In this document: positions 18,712-28,942 of the stretch, piece by piece | How the letters are laid out: every line of letters begins with the position of its first letter | How positions within the stretch are numbered: the first letter of the stretch is position 1 | Assembly (NCBI GenBank): GCA_047285305.1 | Contig: JBJBDL010000003.1 | Span: 1,504,001-1,568,000, forward strand | Length of the DNA stretch: 64,000 nucleotides | DNA from: Synechococcus sp. | GTDB lineage: Bacteria > Cyanobacteriota > Cyanobacteriia > PCC-6307 > Cyanobiaceae | Direction: 5' to 3' | The notes under the pieces: model-generated | What the model saw: the letters and a program-made list of their open reading frames with translations, nothing else | What the model was told of the DNA's origin: nothing | Databases searched by the model: none | Made by a program: the position numbers and the translations under genes

Positions 18712-21452
18712 GACGCCTCCTCCTTCTGCTGCCGCTGGTTGTTGTTGCAGCCCGGATGCAGATCGAGTGGCTCTGGTTCGATCAGTTCGCCTGGAGCGAC
18801 GTTCTCCTCAAGCGCTGGCTTCTGCAGCTTCTCTTCGCGGGGTTGGCGATGCTCCCGCTGCTGGCAGCCCAGGCCTGGGCAAGACAATTCAGGCAACACA
18901 CGTCGAGTTCATCCAATTCGACGAGCCTGACCGGATGGTCCTACGGATTCACTCTCTTGATCAGTGGTGGTGCTGTGCTGGTCAGTGCCTTGCTGACGCT
19001 GGATCTGTTGGCGTTGGCCATCCGCGATCCGTTTCAGCTTGGGGAATGGCAGCCAGTTCCGGGGCTTCAGCACCGCATCAGCTCAGCTGCAGGACTCGTT
19101 CAGGCAGGGGGTATAGGGATTGCGATGGCCTGGCCGCGGTTGAGGCTGTGGCTGGAACGGATCGTGGCGGGTTCGCTGGTGGCTGTCGTCAGCCGGGCAT
19201 GGGGCATCTGGTCGCTGGCTCTCTGGATTCCCGATGAATCCACGAGAGACCCCTTGCTGGGAGCGGATCTGAGCTTCGGCTTGGGGCGTTTTGCCGGATT
19301 GCATCTGGCTCTTGACCTGCTGCTCTTGGCTTCCGCGTTCACCCTCGCCTTTGAGCTCTGGCGGGTGCTGGCGGGCTCAAAATCGATTTCTGACTGGGCC
19401 AGTCCAGCCTTTGCTGCGCGACAGGTCCAACTGATCAGGTTGCTTTCGGCGCTTCTGTTGTTCGGAGCGGCGGGGCAGGTGTGGTTATCGAGGCATCAGA
19501 TCCTGTGGACCCAACACGGCCTGGTGGCAGGGGCGGGATGGCTGCAGGCCCACATGACCATTCCGTTGCGTGGCTTCGCCACACTGCTGCTGGTGCTGAT
19601 CGCATGCGCACTTCTTGTGCCGCTCCGGCGACGCCTCCGTCAGGGCCTTGCACTGGCCTTGGTCTCTCTTGTGGTGTTGGAAACCTTGGCAACACCGTTG
19701 ACGCGCTGGCTGGTGGTGCGGCCAAGGGAATTTGCTCTGCAAGAGCGCTATTTAAAAAATGCCATTGAGGCCACGCAATGGGGCTTCCAGCTGGATCAAA
19801 TCAAGAGTCAGGTCGTCGACCCGACAAGGTTCAGCGCCGCTGATCGCGAGCAAGGTGTCAGCACGCTCGAAAATGTGCGCCTCTGGGACAGCAGTCCTCT
19901 GCTGGAAGCAAACCGGCAACTGCAGCAACTGAGGGTGTACTACCGCTTCTCCAATGCAGCTGTTGATCGCTACCCGCTGAATGAAAATAGCGATTCTTCG
20001 CAGCAAGTGATCCTCTCGGCCCGCGAATTGGATCAATCCGCTTTACCGCGTCAATCCAAAACCTGGCAGAACCGTCACTTCATCTTCACCCACGGCTATG
20101 GATTCACCGTCAGTCCGGTGAATGATCGAAGCAGTGATGGCCTTCCCTCATATTTCATTAAAGGTCTTGGCCCAGAAACACTCATTGAGGGAAATCCAGA
20201 ACTGGGTATTGAACGTTCGGAGGTACAGAAGGCCATCCCCGTTGGTGATGCAGCGATCTATTACGGGATGCTTCCTTCGCCCTATGCCATCGCTCCAACG
20301 CAGATAGAAGAATTCGACTACCCCGAAGGCGACATCAATGTGATGACGCACTATCAGGGATCTGGCGGAGTACCGATTGGATCTTGGCTTCAACGATTTG
20401 CAGCAGCTGTTTATCTGCGTGAGCCTCGATTGCTGATCACCACAACAATCAATGCTGATTCCAAACTTTTGATCCGTCGTGATGTGCGCAGCCGCGTTAA
20501 GGCAATCGCCCCATTCATTGATTTTCGTGGTGAGCCCTATCTGATCTCCATTCCAAACCCTGAGCAAGACAGCGCCAACACCGCCAACGCGACTCCAGAA
20601 CAACGCAACCAACATCAGTATTGGGTTGTCGAGGGATACACCCACAGTTCAACCCTGTCCTACAGCGCTGCGGTCTCAGCAGATGATCCCGATCGATATT
20701 TAAGAAACTCAGTGAAGGCCATCGTCGATGCTTATAACGGCAGCATTCGGTTTTTTATATCGGAGCCTGAGGATCCAATTGTGATGGCTTGGGCTCATGC
20801 TTTTCCAGGCTTGATGGAGCCAATGGAGGCAATGCCAAAATCTTATCTTGATCACCGTAGAGTCCCTGAGGACTTCTTCAATGCACAGGTCAATCAATTG
20901 AAGCGGTACCACGTTTCAAATCCCAGAATTTTCTACAACGGTGATGATGTTTGGCAGGTGCCAAGTGAGATTTACGGGGGCCGCAAAGTTGATGTAGCTC
21001 CTTATCACATCACGGCTCAGCTTCAAAGCAACGACAACTCTGAATTTCTTCTGCTCCAACCCCTGACTCCCTTATCAAGGCCAAATCTCACGGCATGGTT
21101 GGTGGCTCGGAACGACGGCGATCACTACGGTGAATTGAAATTGATCGACTTTCCCAAAGACAAATACATTCCCGGCCCGGAACAGGTTCAGGCTCTAATT
21201 CATCAGGATCCAGATGTGAGCGAGCAGTTTGGTCTATGGGATCAGGAGGATCTGGAACTCCTGCAGGGGAATCTGCTTGTGCTTCCCGTGGGCTCCGGAC
21301 TTCTCTATGTGGAACCGGTGTATCTGCGCACCAAGAAGGTGGGGCTGCCTTCTCTGGCCAGGATTGTTGTGAGTGACGGTCGATTGGTTGCCATGGACCG
21401 CGATCTCAATCTTGCTTTGGATCAACTCATGAAAAAAGCCCCACCCGTTTGA
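18708..21452 (+). CDS. UPF0182-family membrane protein
   Basis: EWLWF, LENVRLWD, VDRY, ARELD, FTHGYG, YLRNSVKAIVDAYNG, GNLLVLP. Confidence 0.92.
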   Translation: MRRLLLLLPLVVVAARMQIEWLWFDQFAWSDVLLKRWLLQLLFAGLAMLPLLAAQAWARQFRQHTSSSSNSTSLTGWSYGFTLLISGGAVLVSALLTLDLLALAIRDPFQLGEWQPVPGLQHRISSAAGLVQAGGIGIAMAWPRLRLWLERIVAGSLVAVVSRAWGIWSLALWIPDESTRDPLLGADLSFGLGRFAGLHLALDLLLLASAFTLAFELWRVLAGSKSISDWASPAFAARQVQLIRLLSALLLFGAAGQVWLSRHQILWTQHGLVAGAGWLQAHMTIPLRGFATLLLVLIACALLVPLRRRLRQGLALALVSLVVLETLATPLTRWLVVRPREFALQERYLKNAIEATQWGFQLDQIKSQVVDPTRFSAADREQGVSTLENVRLWDSSPLLEANRQLQQLRVYYRFSNAAVDRYPLNENSDSSQQVILSARELDQSALPRQSKTWQNRHFIFTHGYGFTVSPVNDRSSDGLPSYFIKGLGPETLIEGNPELGIERSEVQKAIPVGDAAIYYGMLPSPYAIAPTQIEEFDYPEGDINVMTHYQGSGGVPIGSWLQRFAAAVYLREPRLLITTTINADSKLLIRRDVRSRVKAIAPFIDFRGEPYLISIPNPEQDSANTANATPEQRNQHQYWVVEGYTHSSTLSYSAAVSADDPDRYLRNSVKAIVDAYNGSIRFFISEPEDPIVMAWAHAFPGLMEPMEAMPKSYLDHRRVPEDFFNAQVNQLKRYHVSNPRIFYNGDDVWQVPSEIYGGRKVDVAPYHITAQLQSNDNSEFLLLQPLTPLSRPNLTAWLVARNDGDHYGELKLIDFPKDKYIPGPEQVQALIHQDPDVSEQFGLWDQEDLELLQGNLLVLPVGSGLLYVEPVYLRTKKVGLPSLARIVVSDGRLVAMDRDLNLALDQLMKKAPPV

Positions 21453-21462
21453 CGGGCAGGGC
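21432..21462 (-). terminator. Intrinsic terminator of the peroxiredoxin gene
   Basis: Minus strand reads GCCCTGCCCGT-CAA-ACGGGTGGGGC-TTTTTT, 33 bp after the peroxiredoxin stop. Confidence 0.75.
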
Positions 21463-21495
21463 AAGACGAAATGACCGATCGGGTTGATCGAACGA

Positions 21496-22098
21496 TCAGC
21501 CAATCGCGGAGAAGTACTCCTTGGAGCCCTTGGGGTCAGGCTTCATGGTCTTTTCGCCAGGAGTCCAGTTGGCAGGGCAAACCTCATCGGGGTTGGACTG
21601 CACGTACTGGAAGGCCTGCAGAACGCGCAGGGTTTCATCAACGTTCCGTCCAACAGGCAGGTTGTTGATGGTGGCGTGCATGATCACACCATCAGGGTCG
21701 ATGATGAACAGACCACGCAGGGCAACACCCTCGGCCTCGTCGAGAACGTTGTAGGCCGTGGAGATTTCCTTCTTCAGGTCAGCAACGAGGGGATAGTTGA
21801 TATCGCCCAGGCCACCCTGATTGCGAGGGGTCTGGATCCAGGCCAGGTGGCTGAACTGGCTGTCCACGGAAACGCCGAGAACCTCGGTGTTCTTGCTTGA
21901 GAAATCGGCGTAGCGGTCGCTGAAGGCCGTGATCTCAGTAGGACAAACGAAGGTGAAATCCAGCGGATAGAAGAACAGCACCACATACTTGCCCCGGTAC
22001 TGGGACAGGGTGACTTCCTTGAACTCCTGGTCCACCACAGCGGTGGCTGTGAAATCAGGGGCCTGCTGGCCTACACGCAAGCAACCGGTGTCGGTCAT
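21496..22098 (-). CDS. 2-Cys peroxiredoxin (AhpC/TSA)
   Basis: [25 protein letters not shown]-terminal EYF. Confidence 0.96.
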   Translation of the reverse strand: MTDTGCLRVGQQAPDFTATAVVDQEFKEVTLSQYRGKYVVLFFYPLDFTFVCPTEITAFSDRYADFSSKNTEVLGVSVDSQFSHLAWIQTPRNQGGLGDINYPLVADLKKEISTAYNVLDEAEGVALRGLFIIDPDGVIMHATINNLPVGRNVDETLRVLQAFQYVQSNPDEVCPANWTPGEKTMKPDPKGSKEYFSAIG

Positions 22099-22219
22099 GT
22101 TCGGGAGGTGAAAGAGTGAGCTGAAGGCCGCAAACGACTTAACACGTAGTCGATTCGACTTCCAGTTTCATGCTTGAACCTATCACGACCTTAGCCATAC
22201 GTCGCCATAAACTCGGGTG

Positions 22220-22522
22220 ATGACAAACCAAATCACGAGCTGGGATCCTGCGCTCCTGCGCAAGTTCAGTTCCACCGGACATTTCCGTCTGCTGAACCAG
22301 CTGAAGGGAGATCTGCGCAAGAAACCCCTTGACCGAGACCAGCGCACTGGCCAACTGAAGAGTCTGGGTACGAATCGCGGCGCAACCCGACGTTCAACGG
22401 CAACGCGGAGCATCGAGCCGGCACCTGCACCAACACCGGTTGTTGAGATGGCGCCCCCACTCACCAAGGACGACCAACCGAAATCCTTCCGCGATCGCCT
22501 CAACGCCATCGACATGCGCTGA
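22220..22522 (+). CDS. Small basic hypothetical protein
   Basis: WDPALLRKFSSTGHFRLLNQL N-terminus; fills the gap between the peroxiredoxin gene and the tRNA. Confidence 0.7.
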   Translation: MTNQITSWDPALLRKFSSTGHFRLLNQLKGDLRKKPLDRDQRTGQLKSLGTNRGATRRSTATRSIEPAPAPTPVVEMAPPLTKDDQPKSFRDRLNAIDMR

Positions 22523-22569
22523 GGCTGAACCCCTGAGATGTATGATGGGAACTGGCCAGAAGGGCCTTC

Positions 22570-22643
22570 GTCAGAGTAGCTCAGCTGGTTAGAGCACAGG
22601 ATTCATAACCCTGAGGTCGGGAGTTCAAGTCTCCCCTCTGACA
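22570..22643 (+). tRNA. tRNA with CAT anticodon (probably elongator tRNA-Met)
   Basis: Acceptor stem GTCAGAG/CTCTGAC+A, D arm GCTC..GAGC, anticodon loop TTCATAA, T arm GGGAG-TTCAAGT-CTCCC; CCA not encoded. The G1-C72 pair argues against the initiator tRNA; Ile2 is not excluded. Confidence 0.93.
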
Positions 22644-22662
22644 TTCATTGCTTCAAGCTGAT

Positions 22663-23751
22663 TTAGGCCTTGCGCGCCGGAAGTTTGACCAACGGATTGA
22701 GGGCAGCGCCACCGGCCCGACGGATCTCAAAGTGAAGGTGAGGTCCGGTGCTACGTCCGGTGCTTCCCATCAGTGAAATGCGAGACCCACGGGGAACAAT
22801 CTGCCCTTTTTTGACCAAAAGACGGCTGTTGTGGGCATAACGCGTGAATTCGCCATCACTGTGGGAGATTTCAACTAAGTAGCCATAGGCGCCTCTCCAG
22901 CCGGAGAAAGAAACGATTCCATCACGGGCAGCAACAACGGGCGTTCCAGTGTTGTTGGCGATATCAATGCCTTTGTGCATGCGTCCCCAGCGCCACCCAT
23001 AACCGGACGTGAAAACCCCCTTGGTGGGCCACTGGTAACCAACAATCGGAGGCTTCAGGCTGTCGGGCTGGTCGGCTGAAGACAACAGAGGGCGATCAGG
23101 CCATGCAGAACCTCCACTGCTGAGGGGGCGAACAGCCAGGATTGACTGACCTGAAGTGGCTTCAGCAATCTGCAGTTCCTGGCCAATCGTCAAAGCACTG
23201 AGCTGAAGGCCTGGATTCCAACTCAACAGCTGCTTTTGGGTAAGGCCATGGCGTTTGAGGAACGACGCCAGAGAGTCTCCGGTCTTGATTTTGGCAGTTG
23301 TGCTTACCGGAGGTGGAACAACCATTGGAAGCGTCTCACGTTCACTGGAGCGGTTGAGTGACGACAACGTCACGGCAACAACCCGTGCAGAGTCCGGGAG
23401 GGAAAGCCAACTCTCTTTTTCAAAAACGTGGGAGCTTGGCACGTTGTTCAACGAGGCCAGCACCTCACGATCGAGATTCAACAGGTGAGCGTAACGACGC
23501 AGAGATGTGGCACGGACAACTTTGAACCAGATCTGACTGCTCGATTCGACTTTGCTGACAACAGCAACGGAATCATTTGGGTGAAGCGCTGGCAGAGGGG
23601 GCAGCTCTGCAACATCAAATGTGGCGTTATCGGCGATACCGGGCAGGGAACTCCACAGACCCAAAGACAGAACAGGGGTTACAGCAGCTGCCAGAGCAAG
23701 CGTTGCGCGCATGAAACCACTGAGACGCGTTGAAGGTAACGAGCCGAACAT
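22663..23751 (-). CDS. LysM + M23 metallopeptidase (NlpD-like)
   Basis: Signal peptide, LysM-like segments, MHKGIDIA, YAHNS, STGPHLHFE. Confidence 0.92.
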   Translation of the reverse strand: MFGSLPSTRLSGFMRATLALAAAVTPVLSLGLWSSLPGIADNATFDVAELPPLPALHPNDSVAVVSKVESSSQIWFKVVRATSLRRYAHLLNLDREVLASLNNVPSSHVFEKESWLSLPDSARVVAVTLSSLNRSSERETLPMVVPPPVSTTAKIKTGDSLASFLKRHGLTQKQLLSWNPGLQLSALTIGQELQIAEATSGQSILAVRPLSSGGSAWPDRPLLSSADQPDSLKPPIVGYQWPTKGVFTSGYGWRWGRMHKGIDIANNTGTPVVAARDGIVSFSGWRGAYGYLVEISHSDGEFTRYAHNSRLLVKKGQIVPRGSRISLMGSTGRSTGPHLHFEIRRAGGAALNPLVKLPARKA

Positions 23752-23784
23752 CCTCGTGCAAGGGGGTTTGGAGCAGTGGTGGGA

Positions 23785-24276
23785 TCACCACAACCGCAAC
23801 TGTTGTCCGGCCACGTAGGTCACCAGGGCGCAGGCCACGGAAAGGTTGAGGCTGCGAACACCTCCTTGGCCGGCGTCATCAGCAGCTCCAGGCATGGGGA
23901 TCGTGAGGATGCTGTCGCAGGCTTCGCGCACCGGTTCTGGTAAACCCGTGTCTTCTCGTCCAAACAGCAGAACATCTCCACGTTGAAACCTGAACGAGGA
24001 GAGCGATGAACCACCACGACGACTGCAGCCGATCAACCTCTCCTTAGGACGAAGCTCAGCTTGGAACTCGGCAAAGTTCGAAGCAATTGAAAGCTGAACG
24101 TGGGGCCAGTAATCAAGACCGGCACGACGAACGCTGCGATCATCCACCTTGAATCCGAGGGGTTCAATCAGGGTCAACGGCACCCTGAAGGCCGCCGAGG
24201 TGCGGGCAATGTTGCCGGTGTTTGGAGGGATCTGAGGCTCGAACAGGGCAATCCGCAGGGGTGCAATCTCAGTCAC
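23785..24276 (-). CDS. trmL: tRNA (cytidine/uridine-34 2'-O)-methyltransferase
   Basis: PQIPPNTGNIAR, RRAGLDYW, FGREDTGLP, RSLNLS. Confidence 0.95.
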   Translation of the reverse strand: MTEIAPLRIALFEPQIPPNTGNIARTSAAFRVPLTLIEPLGFKVDDRSVRRAGLDYWPHVQLSIASNFAEFQAELRPKERLIGCSRRGGSSLSSFRFQRGDVLLFGREDTGLPEPVREACDSILTIPMPGAADDAGQGGVRSLNLSVACALVTYVAGQQLRLW

Positions 24277-24857
24277 GGCACCACCTGGCCAAGGGCATGA
24301 AGATCTAGTGCGCGACCCTGGAGAACGAGCCAGGCAGCGTCTGCAACGGGGTCAAGCGCTTGCGCGAGGGTTCCGAGTCGATCACGGAACAAGCCTCCAA
24401 TGCGTGTTGGGGGAACAACGCCCCAGCCTGTCTCTTCGATCACCAGAACAAACGTGCAATTTGATGCCCTGATCGAGGCGATCAGATTTTCACAGAGGTG
24501 ATCCCACTCCGGTGCAGTGAGGTCCAGGTGGTGGGCAACAAAACCACCGAGTGCATCAATCAGAACAGATTGCCCGGGAGTCAAGCCGTTGATAACGTTC
24601 ACCAGCTCTGCTCCACATTCAAAAACGCTCCAATGGTCGGGCCGACGCTGCCGGTGAGCATCCAGGCGCTTTTGCCAATCACGGTCATCCGGTCGGGCGG
24701 CCGCAGTGGCGATGTAGGTCACAACAGGGTGATGTTTCAACAAGTGCTCAGCCCAACGGCTCTTGCCACTGCGAGTTGGCCCACTTACCAGGATCAGCCG
24801 GCTGGTCTGACCGACAACGGGGGGCTCCACTGTGGAGGAGGGGTCAACCACTGCCAT
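24273..24857 (-). CDS. cobU: Adenosylcobinamide kinase / phosphate guanylyltransferase
   Basis: SGPTRSGKSRWAE, YIATA, HRQRRP, EETGWGVVP, FRDRLG. Confidence 0.93.
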   Translation of the reverse strand: MAVVDPSSTVEPPVVGQTSRLILVSGPTRSGKSRWAEHLLKHHPVVTYIATAAARPDDRDWQKRLDAHRQRRPDHWSVFECGAELVNVINGLTPGQSVLIDALGGFVAHHLDLTAPEWDHLCENLIASIRASNCTFVLVIEETGWGVVPPTRIGGLFRDRLGTLAQALDPVADAAWLVLQGRALDLHALGQVVP

Positions 24858-25992
24858 TCATTCCCTTCAGCGTCGCGACGGAAGACGGAGACACACGGTT
24901 GAGGTACCTGAAAATCCAATACTTGAAGATCGTCGCCAACACCACCGGAAATGTCGCGATGAAGAGGTTGACGAAACTTTGGCTGGAGGGAAGGCCGAAA
25001 TGCTCGGCAATCCCTTCCAACAAGACCTGCCAACCTTCCGGGCTGTGGTAACCCACGAAGATGTCGGTAAAAAGGATGATGGCGAAGGCCTTGGCGGAAT
25101 CACTCAGCCCGTAAACAGCCTCATCAATAAATCCACGTAGAACACGCAGTTCATCGCGGCTCATAAAACACACCACGGCGAAGGCGATCAGACCCGTCAG
25201 ATCCGCAAAAACATTCTTGATCGCCTTGAGACTTTCCTCATCGGCATCGTGCTTGAGTACAGTCGCTTTTTCGGTGAGCTTGTCACGCAGTGCACCCTCA
25301 TCAAGGGGCTGCACGCCCTTGAGGAAGGCATCGAATTCCAGTTCTTGCTTGTAGAGCCGTAGTTTTTCAGCCGCCTTCTCTTCCAGCTGAGGCTTCGGAT
25401 AGCTCAGGAAAGGTAGTTCGGGTGAAAACTGATTCACCGCAGGTGAAATCAAATAGGTGCCAGCAATCTGCTGAACAAGCAAGGGGACCAGAACGAGAAG
25501 AAGCAGAACCCTCAGTGAAATCAGCGTGCTGTCCCTTCGGCGTCGATACCCCGCCACGACGCTGTCTTCCGTCGAGGGATCCAACTGGAGACGAATGCTG
25601 TCGAAGACACCCAGAAGCGAACGGGGGAGGGCATCCGGTGAGCGGCTGATCGACGGCGAACTGCTTGATCGCCGCGATCCATAGCGGCTGACGACGGATT
25701 CAATCAGTTGAAGTTGACGCAACTCCTGGGAATCAAGTTGGCCCCGTTGTTTCGAGAGAGTCGCTGCTGAAGTACGGCAGATGGCCAGCGCCGTTTTGAA
25801 GCGGCGAAGAATCGTGACCTGAACAGAGCGCGGTACGGAGAGCTTCAGCTCCGGCCGGATCTGCCGGTCGCCGTAGTACTCCAACTCCAGGCTTTGGATG
25901 AGAAGAGCCGCCTCATAGCCACGCTCAAGGTCACTGGAGAGCTCGATCGCTTGGCTTTTGCTGAACAGATTGATCCAGTTACGGCGGCTCAT
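24844..25992 (-). CDS. pxcA: Proton extrusion protein PxcA (CemA family)
   Basis: LSDSAKAFAIILFTDIFVGYHSPEGW, FIATFPV, FKYWIFRYLNRVSPS. Confidence 0.95.
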   Translation of the reverse strand: MSRRNWINLFSKSQAIELSSDLERGYEAALLIQSLELEYYGDRQIRPELKLSVPRSVQVTILRRFKTALAICRTSAATLSKQRGQLDSQELRQLQLIESVVSRYGSRRSSSSPSISRSPDALPRSLLGVFDSIRLQLDPSTEDSVVAGYRRRRDSTLISLRVLLLLVLVPLLVQQIAGTYLISPAVNQFSPELPFLSYPKPQLEEKAAEKLRLYKQELEFDAFLKGVQPLDEGALRDKLTEKATVLKHDADEESLKAIKNVFADLTGLIAFAVVCFMSRDELRVLRGFIDEAVYGLSDSAKAFAIILFTDIFVGYHSPEGWQVLLEGIAEHFGLPSSQSFVNLFIATFPVVLATIFKYWIFRYLNRVSPSSVATLKGMNGSG

Positions 25993-26005
25993 CGCAGTCG
26001 GGACG

Positions 26006-26677
26006 TCAGCGCGAGAACACCCACCAAGTGGCCATCGGAATGATGGTTCCAAGAACCAACAGGATGATCACCCACTTAGTGGCATCGCTCTCAGCTGTTT
26101 CCGCTTTGGTGGGAATGTTGGTGGGCAGGGTGACCCGTTCGATCTCCTTCGGAGGGCCGGGATCCTCGCCACCCGAGAGAACGGTTGAAAGTCGGGTGAG
26201 GCCATCAACGGATGCCTGGCGATAACGATCGCCCTCCCGCAGCGGCACAGTCATCGTTGTACGGGCGGTGCTCCTTAGCAGACTGGGAGGAAGCTGTGCT
26301 TCAAGTTCCTGATTTGCCACCACAGCGGAACGCTTGTTGGAGGTTTCGATCAACATCAGCAGCAAGGGATTGCCGCTGGGTGAGCTCCAGGTCTCGAGGA
26401 GTTCCTCACCGAAGCCGTTCAAGGTGATGCCGTAATCCAAACGCCGCAGCGTGATCAAACGGGCATCTACCCGTTGATCTTCAAAGCTGCGCAATTTCGC
26501 TTCCAATTCACCACGGCTGGCGCGACTGAACACATCGGCATCGTCGATCACCAACGCATCCGGCATGCTTCCACCCAGAGCAGCAGGTGAGATCGCCAAA
26601 CTGGCAGGGGCCCAGAGAAGAAGACAGACCCCGAAACTGAGCAGGCTGGCCAACAGGCGTCGTGGCGAACGGGGCAT
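26006..26677 (-). CDS. psb32: TPM-domain PSII repair protein Psb32
   Basis: Signal peptide, VIDDADVFSR, TLRRLDYG, EDPGPP, C-terminal TM ending IIPMATW. Confidence 0.85.
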   Translation of the reverse strand: MPRSPRRLLASLLSFGVCLLLWAPASLAISPAALGGSMPDALVIDDADVFSRASRGELEAKLRSFEDQRVDARLITLRRLDYGITLNGFGEELLETWSSPSGNPLLLMLIETSNKRSAVVANQELEAQLPPSLLRSTARTTMTVPLREGDRYRQASVDGLTRLSTVLSGGEDPGPPKEIERVTLPTNIPTKAETAESDATKWVIILLVLGTIIPMATWWVFSR

Positions 26678-26710
26678 CCCTTCAAACGTTATGACTGCCT
26701 CAGTCTGCCG

Positions 26711-27118
26711 TTAGCTGTCCAGCATGTCGCGGTTCAAGGCTGCAATTGCCTCAACAACCATGCGGGCTTCGTTGTCGGGCAGTGTCATCTGATGGGTGAG
26801 CTGGTCCAAGAGATCGGTCTCCTCCGCTGTGATCTTGCGGTCGGCATGCACCAGATGCGCTGCCACAGCCAGGGCAGACTGCTGCTGAATTCGATTGAGC
26901 TGAGGCAAGGCGGAAGTGATCAAGCCCTGAACGCCCTGCTCCCGCAATAGCAACAGCAAGCTGTCAAACAATTCACCCATGGCCGCTTCAGAGCTGTCGC
27001 TGTAGAGCGATCGGTTCTCAAGCTGACGGCGCAGGGCATGGGCCTCATCCCGCCCCAGCCTTCCATCACAGGCAACAGCGGCAAGGGCAACAGCAGCAAA
27101 AGCCTCGGGAGTCGTCAT
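26711..27118 (-). CDS. TerB-family protein
   Basis: AAVACDG..E and LVHADRKITAEE metal-binding repeats. Confidence 0.82.
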   Translation of the reverse strand: MTTPEAFAAVALAAVACDGRLGRDEAHALRRQLENRSLYSDSSEAAMGELFDSLLLLLREQGVQGLITSALPQLNRIQQQSALAVAAHLVHADRKITAEETDLLDQLTHQMTLPDNEARMVVEAIAALNRDMLDS

Positions 27119-27180
27119 GGCAGAGCCGCACATGTCCGTATTTGAGCAGGATGATTGCGTTCTGACAGCACCCTCTTTTG

Positions 27181-27831
27181 ATGCCAGGTCCCGCCCGAGC
27201 CGTTCTGATCTGTGCGCTCCTGTTGCTGGGTCTGACTGTGACCAATGCAGGGCTGGCGCAGATCGTGACACCGGAATTTCAACGGGCAGAAGTTCTGGCG
27301 GGTATGGCAGCGGTGGGCCTGATGCTGGTGGCGGTGCTGTGGACACGGGCCAACCCAAAGTCAGCAGAGAAAGTTCCGTTGAAGGGAGAACAGGGACTTT
27401 TGATGGCGGATCAGTTCAGCGAGAACCAAAAACAGGAGCTGGCCTGGGGAAGCCACATGCTGTTGACGGCAACGCCAGCGGCATCCGTGCTGGTGCTCTG
27501 GCGCCGTCAGGTCGTACTGCGTCGAGGTCTGATCAGTCAGGAGGCTTTCGAGCCAGGAGCGATCACCCAACGGGCCATGAAGCGTGAGCAAACCATCTCC
27601 TTGGTCAACACAACGCTCTTTCCAGGCCGAGCGGAATTCGACGCGATGCTGCCGTCACTCCCCGCCATCGTTGTTTGTCCGATGGGGAAAGAGGGGGCCG
27701 TGATCGTGGGGGGTTGGTCAGCCCGTTGTTTTACCCGCTCCGATGAGCGATGGATTGAGGGCTGGACCCAGCGGCTCAGAACGACACTTGGGGCCTGCGA
27801 GGCTTCTTCTGTGCCGCCGGACTCAGCTTGA
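27181..27831 (+). CDS. Cofactor assembly of complex C subunit B (CCB2/CCB4 family)
   Basis: Two TM helices, ELAWGSHMLLTAT, PGRAEFD, RCFTRSDERWI. Confidence 0.82.
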   Translation: MPGPARAVLICALLLLGLTVTNAGLAQIVTPEFQRAEVLAGMAAVGLMLVAVLWTRANPKSAEKVPLKGEQGLLMADQFSENQKQELAWGSHMLLTATPAASVLVLWRRQVVLRRGLISQEAFEPGAITQRAMKREQTISLVNTTLFPGRAEFDAMLPSLPAIVVCPMGKEGAVIVGGWSARCFTRSDERWIEGWTQRLRTTLGACEASSVPPDSA

Positions 27832-28942
27832 TCGTCGATTCAACCCTCGCTCCGGCTTGGCCGAAGCGGATCTCACCATCGTCCGAAATCATGGCCTCCA
27901 TACGTGATGCCCGTGTGATCTGCTCCGGTTTGGTCCGCTCAAGAACCACATCGCCAACGGCCACAACCCGTCCACTGCGCCAGTTCCATGCGCAGCGCCG
28001 GGCCGTCAATGTTTCCAACGTCTGCTCAACGCGGCAGTCATTGGAAATGATCACGCTGCCAGTGGTCTGATCCAGCTTGAATCCCCTGCCCTGCACCTTG
28101 CTGTTATTCAAATCAGCCTGAACGGGTTGATCGGATTGAAATTGCTTCGCTGAAAATAACCAACGTGTTTGGCCGGCAGTGATTTGACCGCGGTCGTTCT
28201 CCAGCACCAGCGTGACCGGTTGTTGTAGGTCGAGGTAACCCTGGCGGATGTTGCCATCCAGTCCTGAAGCGGTGAGTGTGCGGCCATCGCTGCGAATGGC
28301 CTGCACCGGACCAGGCGCCTGGAACAAACCACTCTTCAGATTCCAGGTGCCACTCCCACCGTTCACCACTGAAGAAGCAGCACTGATTGCATCAACACGG
28401 TTCAGCTGGGTTGGGCCGCTGAACTCCAGCATTTCGGTGTCTTGCTGGAACACCAGCTCGCGTGAGCGAATTTGCGTCTGGCCATCATTGGCCTTGGGCC
28501 GTTGATTAATCACCATCCGCGACTGCGATGGCGTCCAAATGAGATTGTCTCCCTCAATCGTCAGCCCCCGTTGGTTCAACTGCCGCAGCTGGACCGATCC
28601 TTCAAGAACGACGAGCGCTCCATCCCGCAACACCGTGGCGAGTTCGGCAGTGATCCTGTAGTGCGGTTGATCATTTCGATAGAGAACGCCCTCAGGACGT
28701 TGTGCACGGATTGTTCGACTGCTCAGGTCGTAACGCGCCTCGGGGCTGGTGAGATCCCAGTCTCGGTAGCCATCGTCTGCCCGCTGGCTCAAATCCAGCG
28801 ACCGGAAGACAAAGGAAGGCGTGGGTTCAAGCGCGATCGGTCGCCGCGTTGTGCAACCGGTTAGCCATGCACTCGCCACAAGGGCTGCTGTCAGACCACA
28901 ACGTGACAACCGACCCAGCATGCTTTGTTCAGAGCGGTACAT
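27776..28942 (-). CDS. lptC: LPS export periplasmic protein, LptC-like (lipoprotein)
   Basis: LTGC lipobox, repeated beta-strand pattern, WDLTSPEARY; alternative start at 28921. Confidence 0.72.
   Translation of the reverse strand: MYRSEQSMLGRLSRCGLTAALVASAWLTGCTTRRPIALEPTPSFVFRSLDLSQRADDGYRDWDLTSPEARYDLSSRTIRAQRPEGVLYRNDQPHYRITAELATVLRDGALVVLEGSVQLRQLNQRGLTIEGDNLIWTPSQSRMVINQRPKANDGQTQIRSRELVFQQDTEMLEFSGPTQLNRVDAISAASSVVNGGSGTWNLKSGLFQAPGPVQAIRSDGRTLTASGLDGNIRQGYLDLQQPVTLVLENDRGQITAGQTRWLFSAKQFQSDQPVQADLNNSKVQGRGFKLDQTTGSVIISNDCRVEQTLETLTARRCAWNWRSGRVVAVGDVVLERTKPEQITRASRMEAMISDDGEIRFGQAGARVESTIKLSPAAQKKPRRPQVSF

Noticed and set aside
22570..22663. tRNA as a possible island integration site
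   Set aside because: Followed after 19 bp by a convergent housekeeping-type gene; no integrase and no duplicated tRNA 3' end seen in the window.
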